Shown one piece after another: positions 35,277 to 46,138 of a stretch of 64,000 nt of DNA. The notes under the pieces were generated by a model. The model did not search any database. It saw only the letters and a list, made by a program, of their open reading frames with translations, and was not told the DNA's origin. How positions within the stretch are numbered: the first letter of the stretch is position 1; each line of letters begins with the position of its first letter. Source of the DNA: Alphaproteobacteria bacterium (GTDB taxonomy: Bacteria > Pseudomonadota > Alphaproteobacteria > SHVV01). Made by a program: the position numbers and the translations under genes. The DNA is taken from positions 4,768,001 to 4,832,000 of the forward strand of contig OZ253470.1 of NCBI GenBank assembly GCA_965261735.1. The letters are read 5' to 3'.

Positions 35277-36235
35277 TGCGGCCTGCGCCGCCTACCTGGA
35301 GAAAGCCCGCTGGGGAGACGGCTTTGCCTGCCCGCACTGCGGCACGGCGGGAGAGCCGTTCCACTTTGAAAACCGCCCTGGCGTCCTGCGCTGCCGCAAG
35401 TGCCGCCAGAACACCGGGCTGACGGTGGGAACAGTGATGGAGCGTAGCCACACTCCGCTGAACGTCTGGTTCTGGGCCGCTTATCTGGTCGCCAGTTAGA
35501 CGCCCGGCATGTCCGCCGTGCAGTTTCAGCGGCAACTTGGTCTTTCGCGCTACGAGACGGCCTTTCAAATTCTCCACAAGCTCCGCTCGGGCATGGTGCG
35601 GCCCAACCAAGACAGGATCGGTGGACAGCCCAAGAACCATGTTGAGGTGGACGAAACCTGGGTTGGCGGGCGAACGCGTAGGGAAGGCCGTGGTGTTCAC
35701 CACAAGGTTCCCGTCTCCTGTGCCATCGAGGTGCGTCATCGAAAGCCGGGCACCAAGCTCGACAACCGGAAAGACGGACGCTATGCCGGACGCGTTCGGC
35801 TCGCCGTCGTGCTCGACCGTAGCGCCGAGTCGCTCTGTGGGTTCGTCGAGAGCACCGTCGCGCCGGGATCGCTGATCGTTACTGACGATTGGAGCGGCTA
35901 CGCTGGCCTCGGTAAGCGCGGCTATGAGCACTTCGCTGTTGCCGAGTGTGGTGATCCAGAGGTTGCCGAGCAATACCTGCCGATCATCCATCTGGTTTTC
36001 GCCAACCTGAAGACGTGGCTGATCGGTATCCACCACGGCGTTAGCCACCAGCACCTACAAGCCTACCTCAACGAGTTCACCTTCCGCTTCAACAGGCGGT
36101 TCTACCCGTTCAACGCCTTCCGCTCATTGCTCGGCATCGCGGGCGACACCTCTGCTCCAACTTATGCCGAGCTTTACTCGGGAGAGTGGCGGCACCCTAC
36201 ATGTAGCGGTCATGGGCGTTAACCGGATAGGCAAG
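35131..36235 (+). mobile_element. IS1595-family insertion sequence, copy 1
   Basis: 15-bp IRs cttgcctatccggtt / aaccggataggcaag; 8-bp target duplication gatcattc at 35123-35130 and 36236-36243. Confidence 0.96.
35203..36222 (+). pseudogene. IS1595-family transposase with in-frame TAG at 35497-35499
   Basis: Zn ribbon CPHC...CRKC, VEVDETWVGG, TDDW, YLNEFTFRFNRR; both ORF halves are in the same frame, separated by one stop. Confidence 0.92.
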
Positions 36236-36447
36236 GATCATTCTTTTGCCGTGAGCGCCGTGCGCGGCACCACCGGAAATTAACGCGATATCAATTAAAC
36301 TGTTCTTTTGTGATAAGAATCAAGCTTCTAACGCAATAATCTGCAAAGCAATAGGGATCGCCTCAAGGGCTGCGTCGGCGTATCATCGGCGGCCGAAGAG
36401 GCGGTCGTACCGCCCGTCAAGGGAGCGGCGCCGGGGGAGAGGGGACC

Positions 36448-37473
36448 ATGGCGACAGCGAAACGAAAGCGCAAGCTGAACGCAGGCGAGCCGGAGCCTGC
36501 GGTGGCGGCCGAGGACGGCGCCTGGCTTCTCGGGGCCTACCGGATGATGCTGCTGATCCGCCGCTTCGAGGAGAAGGCGGGGCAGCTCTACGGCACCGGC
36601 GCGATCGGCGGGTTTTGCCATCTCTACATCGGCCAGGAAGCGGTCGTGGTCGGCATGCAGGCATCGATCACCGACGGCGATACGGTGATCACCGGCTACC
36701 GCGATCACGGCCATATGCTCGCCTGCGGTATGGCGCCGCGCGGCGTCATGGCGGAGTTGACGGGGCGCGCCACCGGCTACTCCAGGGGCAAGGGCGGGTC
36801 GATGCACATGTTCTCGCGCGAGAGGAATTTCTACGGCGGGCACGGCATTGTCGGCTCGATGGTGCCGCTCGGTACCGGTATCGCGCTCGCCCACCGCTAC
36901 CGCGGCGCGCGCCAGGTTTCGCTGACCTACTTTGGCGACGGCGCGACCAACCAGGGGCAGGTTTACGAGGCCTTCAACATGGCCGCCCTATGGAAGCTGC
37001 CGATCATCTACATCATCGAGAACAACAAGTACGCCATGGGCACCTCGCTCGAGCGCTCCGCGGCCCAAACCGACCTCTATCGGCGCGGCGAGAGCATGGG
37101 CATTGCCGGTAAGCGCATCGACGGCATGGACGTGCGCGCGGTCAAAGCGGCGGGCGAGCAAGCTCTGGCTCACTGCCGTTCAGGCAAGGGCCCGGCGCTC
37201 CTGGAGATGCAGACCTACCGCTACCGCGGCCACTCGATGTCCGATCCGGCGAAGTACCGTACCCGGGCCGAGGTCGACCAGATCCGCCACGAGAGGGATC
37301 CGATCGACCACGCCAAGGCACTGCTCCTCGATTCCGACCTCTCCAGCGAGGCCGACCTCAAGGCCATCGACAAAGAGATCAAGGACGTCATCGCCGAGGC
37401 CGCCGATTTCGCCCAAACGAGCCCCGAACCGGATCCTTCCGAGCTCTACACCGACATCTATGCCGCAGCTTGA
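36448..37473 (+). CDS. pdhA: Pyruvate dehydrogenase E1 alpha
   Basis: GFCHLYIGQEA, GKGGSMH, GDGATNQGQ, YRYRGHSMSDP. Confidence 0.98.
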   Translation: MATAKRKRKLNAGEPEPAVAAEDGAWLLGAYRMMLLIRRFEEKAGQLYGTGAIGGFCHLYIGQEAVVVGMQASITDGDTVITGYRDHGHMLACGMAPRGVMAELTGRATGYSRGKGGSMHMFSRERNFYGGHGIVGSMVPLGTGIALAHRYRGARQVSLTYFGDGATNQGQVYEAFNMAALWKLPIIYIIENNKYAMGTSLERSAAQTDLYRRGESMGIAGKRIDGMDVRAVKAAGEQALAHCRSGKGPALLEMQTYRYRGHSMSDPAKYRTRAEVDQIRHERDPIDHAKALLLDSDLSSEADLKAIDKEIKDVIAEAADFAQTSPEPDPSELYTDIYAAA

Positions 37474-37502
37474 TCCCGCGCCCGCGTAGCATGGAGTGAG
37501 GC

Positions 37503-38885
37503 ATGGCTATTTCAATCCTGATGCCCGCGCTGTCCCCGACCATGACGGAGGGGACCCTCGCGAGGTGGCTCAAGGGGGAGGGCGACCCGGTCGCCGCCGG
37601 CGATGTCATCGCCGAGATCGAAACCGACAAGGCGACGATGGAGATCGAGGCCGCCGACGAGGGGGTCTTGGGGCGTATCGTCGTTGCCGAGGGCACAGAG
37701 TCGGTGCCGGTCAACACCGTGATCGCGCTGCTGGTGGAGGAGGGCGAGGACGCCTCGTCCATCGAGGCACCGGCCACGCCGGCGGCCGCCGCGAGCGCGC
37801 CGCCGCCCGAGCCGCAAGCCGAGGCGCCACCAGCGGTTGCCGCTCCGCCGCCGCCCGCGCCCGCCGCCGTCACCGACAGCGCCATACCGGTGGGCACGGA
37901 GATGGCGACAATGACCGTACGCGAGGCGTTGCGCGACGCCATGGCCGAGGAAATGCGTCGCGATCCGGACGTGCTGCTGATCGGCGAGGAGGTTGCCGAA
38001 TACCAGGGCGCCTACAAGGTGAGCCAAGGGTTACTCGAGGAGTTCGGCGATCGGCGGGTCGTTGACACGCCGATCAGCGAGCAGGGCTTTGCCGGCATCG
38101 GTGTCGGCGCCGCTTTTGTTGGCCTCAAGCCCGTGGTCGAGTTCATGACCTTCAATTTCGCCATGCAGGCGGTCGACCAGATCGTCAATTCGGCGGCCAA
38201 GACGCGCTACATGTCGGGCGGGCAGCTCGATTGCCCGATAGTGTTTCGTGGCCCCAACGGTGCGGCCTCGCGAGTCGGCGCCCAGCATTCCCAGGCCTAC
38301 GGGAGCTGGTATGCCCAAGTTCCCGGACTCAAAGTCGTCGCACCCTATTCCGCGGCCGACGCTAAGGGGCTGCTGAAGTCCGCGATCCGAGATCCCAATC
38401 CGGTCATTTTCCTCGAAAACGAGATTCTCTACGGCCAATCCTTCGAGGTGCCGGTGCTCGACGACTACACGGTACCGCTCGGCAAGGCCCACGTCGTCCG
38501 GCCTGGTTCCGACGCGACCCTCGTTACCTTCTCGATCAGCGTCGGCGTAGCACTCGCGGCGGCGCAGCAGCTCGCGGGCGAGAACATCGACGTCGAGGTC
38601 ATCGACCTTAGGACATTGCGCCCGCTCGACATCGAAACGGTACTCGTCTCGCTGCGGAAGACGAACCGCGTGGTGGTGCTCGAGGAGGGCTGGCCCATTT
38701 GCAGCATCAGCTCCGAGGTCTCGGCCCAGCTCATGGAGCAAGGCTTCGACGATCTCGATGCGCCGGTGCAGCGGATCACCAGCAAGGACGTGCCGATGCC
38801 CTATGCCGCCAACCTCGAGTTGCTGGCGTTGCCGAGCCTGGAAGACGTGATCGCGGCGGTGCGCGCGGTCTGTTATCGGAACTAG
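37503..38885 (+). CDS. pdhB: Pyruvate dehydrogenase E1 beta with N-terminal lipoyl domain
   Basis: ETDKATME lipoyl motif, DTPISE, GAQHSQ. Confidence 0.97.
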   Translation: MAISILMPALSPTMTEGTLARWLKGEGDPVAAGDVIAEIETDKATMEIEAADEGVLGRIVVAEGTESVPVNTVIALLVEEGEDASSIEAPATPAAAASAPPPEPQAEAPPAVAAPPPPAPAAVTDSAIPVGTEMATMTVREALRDAMAEEMRRDPDVLLIGEEVAEYQGAYKVSQGLLEEFGDRRVVDTPISEQGFAGIGVGAAFVGLKPVVEFMTFNFAMQAVDQIVNSAAKTRYMSGGQLDCPIVFRGPNGAASRVGAQHSQAYGSWYAQVPGLKVVAPYSAADAKGLLKSAIRDPNPVIFLENEILYGQSFEVPVLDDYTVPLGKAHVVRPGSDATLVTFSISVGVALAAAQQLAGENIDVEVIDLRTLRPLDIETVLVSLRKTNRVVVLEEGWPICSISSEVSAQLMEQGFDDLDAPVQRITSKDVPMPYAANLELLALPSLEDVIAAVRAVCYRN

Positions 38886-38912
38886 CCGTTTCCGGCGCCA
38901 AGGGGAGACGCC

Positions 38913-40214
38913 ATGCCGATACCGATCACCATGCCGGCGCTGTCGCCGACCATGACCGAGGGCAATCTCGCCAAGTGGGTGAAGGCCGAGGGCGACACGG
39001 TCTCGGCAGGCGACGTGATCGCCGAAATCGAGACCGACAAGGCCACAATGGAGGTCGAGGCCGTGGACGAGGGCAAGCTCGCCAAGATCCTCGTCCCCGA
39101 GGGCAGTGAAAGCGTTGCCGTGAATACCGTCATTGGGCTGCTGCTCGAGGAAGACGAGGACGAATCGTCGCTCGGCGACTATCAGGCAGCGGCGCCCGCG
39201 GCGGCTGCGGCGGCGGCACCTGCCCCGCAACCGAGTGAGCCCGCACCGACCGCGCAAGCCGTGCCACCGTCGGCGGCGCCGGCGGTGCCGGCGGCCGCAG
39301 CGGCACCGCCACCACCGGCGCCGCAGCCGTCCGCGGCCGGCGAACGGATCAAGGCGAGCCCGTTAGCCCGGCGCATGGCGCAGCAGGCCGGCCTCGACAT
39401 TGCCCCGCTGACGGGCACCGGCCCGCACGGCCGTATCGTCAAAGCCGACATCGACGCGGCGCTGGGCAAGGCCGCGCTCGCCCCTCCCGCCGCGCCGGCC
39501 CCGGCGCCCGCGGCTGCGGTTGCCGAGGCGGCGACCGAGGTTCCGCACAATGCGATGCGCAAGGTCATCGCACGCCGGCTCGTCGAAGCCAAGCAGACGA
39601 TCCCGCACATCTATCTCACGATCGATTGCGAGATCGACGAGCTGCTCAAGCTGCGCAAGACCCTCAACGACCGGGCCGCCGACGGCGCCTACAAGCTCTC
39701 GGTCAACGATTTCATCGTCCGCGCGGCCGCGCTGGCGCTGCGCAAGGTGCCGCGGGTCAATGCCTCGTGGACCGACACCGCGATCCTCCTTCATGACAGC
39801 GCGGACGTCGCGATCGCCGTCGCCCTCGAGGACGGGCTCATCACCCCGATCATCCGCAATGCCGACGGCAAGGGCCTGGCCGCGATCTCGAACGAGACCA
39901 AGGAGCTGGCGGGCCGCGCGCGATCCGGCAAGCTCATGCCCGACGAATATCAGGGCGGCACGTTCTCGGTGTCCAATCTCGGCATGTTTGGGACGAAGTC
40001 CTTCAGCGCCGTGATCAACCCGCCGCACGCCGCGATCCTGGCGGTCGGCGTAGGCGCCCAACAGGCGGTGGTGAAGGACGGCGCGCTCGCCGTGGCGACG
40101 GTCATGAGCTGCACCATCAGCGCCGACCATCGGGTCATCGACGGCGCCGTGGCGGCCGAGTTCCTGGCCGTCTTCAAGAGCCTGATCGACGACCCCTTGA
40201 GCATGTTGCTGTAA
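38913..40214 (+). CDS. pdhC: Pyruvate dehydrogenase E2 dihydrolipoamide acetyltransferase
   Basis: Lipoyl domain, ASPLARR subunit-binding domain, DHRVIDG. Confidence 0.97.
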   Translation: MPIPITMPALSPTMTEGNLAKWVKAEGDTVSAGDVIAEIETDKATMEVEAVDEGKLAKILVPEGSESVAVNTVIGLLLEEDEDESSLGDYQAAAPAAAAAAAPAPQPSEPAPTAQAVPPSAAPAVPAAAAAPPPPAPQPSAAGERIKASPLARRMAQQAGLDIAPLTGTGPHGRIVKADIDAALGKAALAPPAAPAPAPAAAVAEAATEVPHNAMRKVIARRLVEAKQTIPHIYLTIDCEIDELLKLRKTLNDRAADGAYKLSVNDFIVRAAALALRKVPRVNASWTDTAILLHDSADVAIAVALEDGLITPIIRNADGKGLAAISNETKELAGRARSGKLMPDEYQGGTFSVSNLGMFGTKSFSAVINPPHAAILAVGVGAQQAVVKDGALAVATVMSCTISADHRVIDGAVAAEFLAVFKSLIDDPLSMLL

Positions 40215-41620
<1,406 letters not shown>

Positions 41621-41623
41621 CTC

Positions 41624-42541
41624 ATGACGGACGCCGCCACGCTTCGCCCGCCGGCGGGCCTGCGCAAGCCCGACTGGATCCGCGTCCGGGCGCCGACCTC
41701 GGCCGGTTATCGCGCGACGCAAGCGCTGATGCGCGACCTCAGCCTCAACACCGTGTGCGAGGAGGCGGCCTGTCCCAACATCGGCGAATGCTGGTCCCAG
41801 GGCCACGCCACGGTGATGATCCTGGGCAGCGTGTGCACACGCGCCTGCGCCTTTTGCAACGTGGCCACCGGGCGGCCCGATCGGGTCGACCCACACGAGC
41901 CCGCGCACCTCGCCCTCGCCATCGCCTCGCTCGGGCTCTCCCACGTGGTCGTCACATCCGTCGATCGCGACGATTTGGACGACGGCGGCGCCGGCCAATT
42001 CGCGGCCTGTATTGCGCGCCTGCGCGAGACCTCGCCCGAGACCACGATCGAGGTCCTGACGCCGGACTTCCTGCGCAAGGACGGCGCGATCGAGACGGTC
42101 GTCGCGGCGCGGCCCGACGTCTACAACCACAATCTCGAGACCGTGCCCCGGCTTTATGCCGAGATTCGCCCCGGCGCCCGCTACTACCATTCGCTGCGGC
42201 TGCTCGACCGGGTCAAGCAGCTCGATCCCACGCAATTCACGAAATCTGGGCTCATGGTCGGGCTCGGCGAGGAGCGGCGCGAGGTGCTGCAGGTGATGGA
42301 TGATCTGCGCTCGGCCGACGTCGATTTCCTCACCATAGGCCAGTACCTGCAGCCGACGCCAAAGCACGCGCCGGTCGACCGGTTCGTCACACCCGAGGAG
42401 TTCGACGGCTACGCCAAGGCGGCCCGCGCCAAGGGCTTCCTGCTCGTCTCGGCATCGCCGCTCACGCGCTCTTCGTATCACGCGGGCGATGACTTCGAGA
42501 GGCTGCGCGAGGCGCGCGTGGCGCACGTCGCGGCGAGCTAG
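41624..42541 (+). CDS. lipA: Lipoyl synthase
   Basis: [24 protein letters not shown]. Confidence 0.98.
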   Translation: MTDAATLRPPAGLRKPDWIRVRAPTSAGYRATQALMRDLSLNTVCEEAACPNIGECWSQGHATVMILGSVCTRACAFCNVATGRPDRVDPHEPAHLALAIASLGLSHVVVTSVDRDDLDDGGAGQFAACIARLRETSPETTIEVLTPDFLRKDGAIETVVAARPDVYNHNLETVPRLYAEIRPGARYYHSLRLLDRVKQLDPTQFTKSGLMVGLGEERREVLQVMDDLRSADVDFLTIGQYLQPTPKHAPVDRFVTPEEFDGYAKAARAKGFLLVSASPLTRSSYHAGDDFERLREARVAHVAAS

Positions 42542-42549
42542 CGCCACCC

Positions 42550-43032
42550 ATGCCGACGCACGCCGAGCAGCGCAGGCTGCCGTATACGCCGGAGGAGCTG
42601 TTCGACCTCGTCGCCGACATCGAGCGCTACCCCGAGTTCCTGCCCTGGTGCGTGGGCGCCCGCATCAAGGAGCGAGACGGCGATGTCATCATCGCCGACC
42701 TGGTCATCGGCATCAGGATGCTGCGCGAGCGCTTCACCTCGAGGGTGACGCTCGATCGTGCGCGTCGCATCGACGTCGAATATGCCGACGGCCCGTTCCA
42801 CCATCTCGACAATCACTGGGTGTTCCTGCCGGCCGAGGACGGCGGCTGCATCATCGACTTCTACGTCGATTTCGCTTTTCGCTCGCGCCTGTTTCAAGTG
42901 CTGATCACGACGCTCTTTCACGAGGCGATACGGCGCATGGTGAGGGCGTTCGAGTTGCGCGCCCGAGCCCTCTACGGCGAGCGCAATCCGCTCGCCGGCA
43001 CGCCGCCCGGCGCGGCCGCGGACCGGGCCTAG
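42550..43032 (+). CDS. ratA: RatA/Coq10 START-domain protein
   Basis: LVADIERYPEFLPWC, GPFHHLDNHW, AFELRA; usual position after lipA. Confidence 0.9.
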   Translation: MPTHAEQRRLPYTPEELFDLVADIERYPEFLPWCVGARIKERDGDVIIADLVIGIRMLRERFTSRVTLDRARRIDVEYADGPFHHLDNHWVFLPAEDGGCIIDFYVDFAFRSRLFQVLITTLFHEAIRRMVRAFELRARALYGERNPLAGTPPGAAADRA

Positions 43033-43370
43033 GGCTATAAGTTACAGGAATAAATAAATGCGGTTGGGTTTGAAAAACGTCCGCTGCTTTCACAGCGTTA
43101 GACCTCGTTTACATCGCGCCTCTTACAACCTTAGTCGGCGAAAATAGCACGGGAAAGTCTTCATTTCTCGCGCTTCAAAGAATCGCTCTGGAATTAATTA
43201 CGGGAGACTGGGGTCCCAACTTCAACAAAGAACCCTTCTTTCTCGGCGCGTACGATCAAATAGCACATTTTCGCGCGGGTCGTTTTGGCCGCGCTAGTTC
43301 ATTTGAAATCGCGATTATCAACTTGACACGTCACGTCTCAATCCCCATATGCAGGGGACAGGAGGAAATA

Positions 43371-44225
43371 ATGACGACTTTCTACGATTTTCAGCAGCAG
43401 TTTCCCGATGACGAGGCGTGCCTTCACCACATAATGGTGAAGCGTTACGGCGGCACCGAGATTGACTGCCCGAAGTGCGGGGCGCATGGGAAGTTCTACC
43501 GCCTGGCACGTGATCGCGCGTATCTCTGCCAGCACTGCAAACACCACATTTATCCGTGCGCAGGCACATTCATGCACCGCACGCATCTGCCGCTTCACAA
43601 GTGGTTCTACGCCATATTCCTGTTCACCACATCGCGCCACGGCGTCCCCGCGAAGGAACTGGAGCGCCAACTTGACGTGTCCTATCCCACGGCTTGGCGC
43701 ATGGGTCATTTGATCCGCAAACACATGGCTAATACTGACGGAGAGTGGCCGCTGGACGGCGATATTGAAGCCGACGAGACCTATGTTGGTGGCCGTACGA
43801 CCGGTGGCAAGCGCGGTCGCGGCGCTCCGAACAAGACCGTGGTGTTCGGGATGCTGGAGCGCGACGGCGACGTGATGGCGAACGTTGTCCCGAACGTTCG
43901 AAAGCGGACTTTGCAGGCGTTTATCTCCGAGAACGTCGAGCCGGGTAGCACCGTTCATACTGACGAACTCAAGTCTTACAGCGGATTGGCGACGATTGGG
44001 TATACGCACCAGACCGTCAACCACAGCGCGGGCCAGTACGCGCGCGGCTCTAGCCATGTGAACTCGATTGAGGGCTTTTGGGCGCGGTTGAAGCTGTCGA
44101 TTCGCGGGACGCACGTTCATGTGTCCGGGAAGCACCTTCAGAAGTATGTGAAGGAGTTTGAGTATCGCTATAACCGCCGGAAGCGGCCTGGAACGATGTT
44201 TGGCGATCTGGTGGCCCGCTTCTAA
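43371..44225 (+). CDS. IS1595-family transposase (different subgroup from the 35.1-kb copy)
   Basis: GGAGG SD; CPKC...CQHC, IEADETYVGG, HTDE, HVNSIEGFW, EFEYRYNRR. Confidence 0.95.
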   Translation: MTTFYDFQQQFPDDEACLHHIMVKRYGGTEIDCPKCGAHGKFYRLARDRAYLCQHCKHHIYPCAGTFMHRTHLPLHKWFYAIFLFTTSRHGVPAKELERQLDVSYPTAWRMGHLIRKHMANTDGEWPLDGDIEADETYVGGRTTGGKRGRGAPNKTVVFGMLERDGDVMANVVPNVRKRTLQAFISENVEPGSTVHTDELKSYSGLATIGYTHQTVNHSAGQYARGSSHVNSIEGFWARLKLSIRGTHVHVSGKHLQKYVKEFEYRYNRRKRPGTMFGDLVARF

Positions 44226-44295
44226 GCATCCGGTCCAAGAGCGCATCGAAGCGTTGCCATGCGATCTCGGGCGGATAGGCATTGTCTTTATTCAC
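44050..44295 (-). CDS. Possible small ORF antisense to the transposase 3' end
   Basis: GTG start overlaps the passenger gene's last codons; MNKDNAYPPEIAWQRFDALLDRMLRSGPP. Confidence 0.3.
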   Translation of the reverse strand: MNKDNAYPPEIAWQRFDALLDRMLRSGPPDRQTSFQAASGGYSDTQTPSHTSEGASRTHERASRESTASTAPKSPQSSSHG

Positions 44296-44803
44296 CGCCC
44301 GCCTCCGATTGCATCTTTCCCCATAGGCGCCGAGCGCCGCGTATGTTCCGAACTCTCGCTTCAGCACCAAGGCGGACGAGAAATCTGTGCCAGCCCGCAG
44401 TGATCCCCTTCCCTGTCACAGGTGGATGGGGAATACGTAATCCGTCTAAAGCTCTCGCTAGTTTGCGAACGTTTTCCTCATCACGCCCTTCTATTTCTAC
44501 CTGCCCAATTCGGCCGGGGTTCACATACCATTCAAGACTGACCCGCACGCTGGTGAATTCATCGGTCATACCTCCCAAGCGATTGGATGGGCGGAAAGGC
44601 TGGTGCAGATGCCAGCTCATATGAATGAACGCCACACTGAACATGGCAGTGAAGGCGGCATATTCCGGTGTGCTCAACTCCTTCAAGCCTCCGCCCCAAA
44701 TCCATGAGACGACGCTCCATACGAGACCTCCGAAGAACAACAACCAGCCCAGAAGCCGCACCACGTACAGGGCCTTGCCCAGGAGAATCTTGCTCTGGTC
44801 CAT
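44288..44803 (-). CDS. Hypothetical two-TM membrane protein, IS passenger
   Basis: 171-aa ORF wholly between the IRs, lower GC, two hydrophobic helices then a soluble domain. Confidence 0.7.
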   Translation of the reverse strand: MDQSKILLGKALYVVRLLGWLLFFGGLVWSVVSWIWGGGLKELSTPEYAAFTAMFSVAFIHMSWHLHQPFRPSNRLGGMTDEFTSVRVSLEWYVNPGRIGQVEIEGRDEENVRKLARALDGLRIPHPPVTGKGITAGWHRFLVRLGAEARVRNIRGARRLWGKMQSEAGGE

Positions 44804-44850
44804 GCCCGAAGCGTACTCGCCCGCCGTGACGTGTCAAGTTAATAATCGCG

Positions 44851-45261
44851 TTTTCTTTTCTGCTACCACAGGACCGCGACCTTCTATTGGAAATAGGGGT
44901 GACGGTTCGATATGCGAAGAAGGATCTCATCGTTGAAGAAGGCGATTCGAGGCAGGCGATATTCCTGATCAACGAGGGGCGAGTTCGGATCGAGCGCAAT
45001 CAAATGGGCAACCAGATTCGCGTCGCGACGCTCGGCCCCAACGAAGTCTTCGGCGAAATGGCCTTCGTTCAGCGCAAGCTGGCGTCGGCCACGGTCATTG
45101 CCGACACCGCCGTCAAGGCCGTCGTGATCGAGGCGCCCGACGTGTACGCCGTGCTGTCCTCGGTCCCCGGCTTCGCGACGCGCTTTTACCTGTGCCTAGC
45201 CAGAACCCTCGCGGAGCGGTTGGACGAGACCACCGCCGCGCTGATCCATAGCGGGCGCTAG
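44851..45261 (+). pseudogene. Cyclic-nucleotide-binding domain protein, 5' end apparently cut by the IS
   Basis: IVEEGD, FLINEGRVRI, LGPNEVFGEMAF, SATVIA; frame open (FSFLLPQDRDLLLEIG) right up to the IR with no ATG. Confidence 0.7.
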
Positions 45262-45312
45262 CGGCGCTCGCCGGTCCGGCTGCGGCTTCTCGAAGGCCCA
45301 ACCAAGAAGCGA

Positions 45313-45617
45313 TCAGGCCTCGGCGCCCAATACCCGGACCGGCGCCGGTGGTAGCAGCCGCACCGCGCCCGCGAGCATGGCGACCACGAAAACGAGGCTC
45401 TGCGGCAGGAGATAGGCCAGCGATGAAATCGCAGGTCCCGGGCAGAAGCCGACCATCCCCCAACCGACGCCGAACACGGCGGACCCGCCGATCAGCCGGA
45501 GATCGAGCGTGCGCGCACCCGCGAGGTCGAACCGCCCTTCCAGAACCGGAGGAGCGTTGCCGCGGCCCCGATGAGCGCGCCGCCGGCGAGCGCCGAATAG
45601 GGGGTGAATGATTCCAT
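45313..45617 (-). pseudogene. Deletion-fused remnant of a YeeE/YedE (PmpAB-like) sulfur-transporter gene pair
   Basis: MESFTPYSALAGGALIGAAATLL joined out of frame near 45549 to PVLEGRFDL...LDLRLIGGSAVFGVGWGMVGFCPGPAISSL...*. Confidence 0.8.
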
Positions 45618-45661
45618 GTCCACGTGCTCCCTTCAGGTTGAGCCGCTCGGAGCCGCGCGAG

Positions 45662-46054
45662 TCAACGGCCGCCGAGGTCGGCGACGCCCTCGATCTCGAG
45701 CAGCCACTCGGGGCTCGCCAAACCGGCCACGACGACGCCGGTCGACGCCCAATCCGTGTTCTTGAGGTAGCGCTTGCGAACCTTACGGAAGCCTTCGAGG
45801 TGGCGGCCGTCGGTGAGGTAGATGTTGAGCTTCACCAAGTCGCGGAAGCTGCCGCCAGCCTCCTTCAGGATCGCGCCGATGTTCTCGAAGACCTGCTCGG
45901 CCTGGGCGGTGATATCTGCGAGGCCGACGGTCTTGTCCTTCTTGTTCTTGGCCACTTGACCGGAGATGAAGAGGAGCCCGCCGCTCGTCAGTACGCCGTG
46001 GGTGTAGTTGTTGGTGGGGTGAACGGATTTAGGCTTGATCAGACGTTTTGCCAT
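45662..46054 (-). CDS. RidA/YjgF-family protein
   Basis: LFISGQVA, QAEQVFENI..IL..AG, WLLEIEGVA. Confidence 0.92.
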   Translation of the reverse strand: MAKRLIKPKSVHPTNNYTHGVLTSGGLLFISGQVAKNKKDKTVGLADITAQAEQVFENIGAILKEAGGSFRDLVKLNIYLTDGRHLEGFRKVRKRYLKNTDWASTGVVVAGLASPEWLLEIEGVADLGGR

Positions 46055-46138
46055 ATCGGGTTCTCCTGTCGCGGCCGGGCGAGCGTTACTTCTAACACAG
46101 CCGGGCGGGACCTGGCATGGCCGCGGTGACCGGCGCCA

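Larger units (their letters stand above)
43310..44850 (+). mobile_element. IS1595-family element with passenger gene(s) (transporter IS)
   Basis: 26-bp IRs cgcgattatcaacttgacacgtcacg (43310-43335) / cgtgacgtgtcaagttaataatcgcg (44825-44850), one mismatch; no target duplication. Confidence 0.92.

Noticed and set aside
35497-35499. In-frame TAG in the IS1595 transposase as recoding (pyrrolysine or alternative code)
   Set aside because: TAG is used as a normal stop by many genes in the window; a CAG-to-TAG mutation is simpler
36278-36300. TTAA...TTAA upstream of pdhA as a CtrA box
   Set aside because: Spacer is 11 nt, not the 7 nt of TTAA-N7-TTAA
37770-39340. Ala/Pro-rich GC repeats in pdhB and pdhC
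   Set aside because: Normal flexible linkers of lipoyl-domain proteins
42550-43032. ratA as a toxin-antitoxin system
   Set aside because: No antitoxin partner; conserved position after lipA fits a Coq10-like housekeeping role
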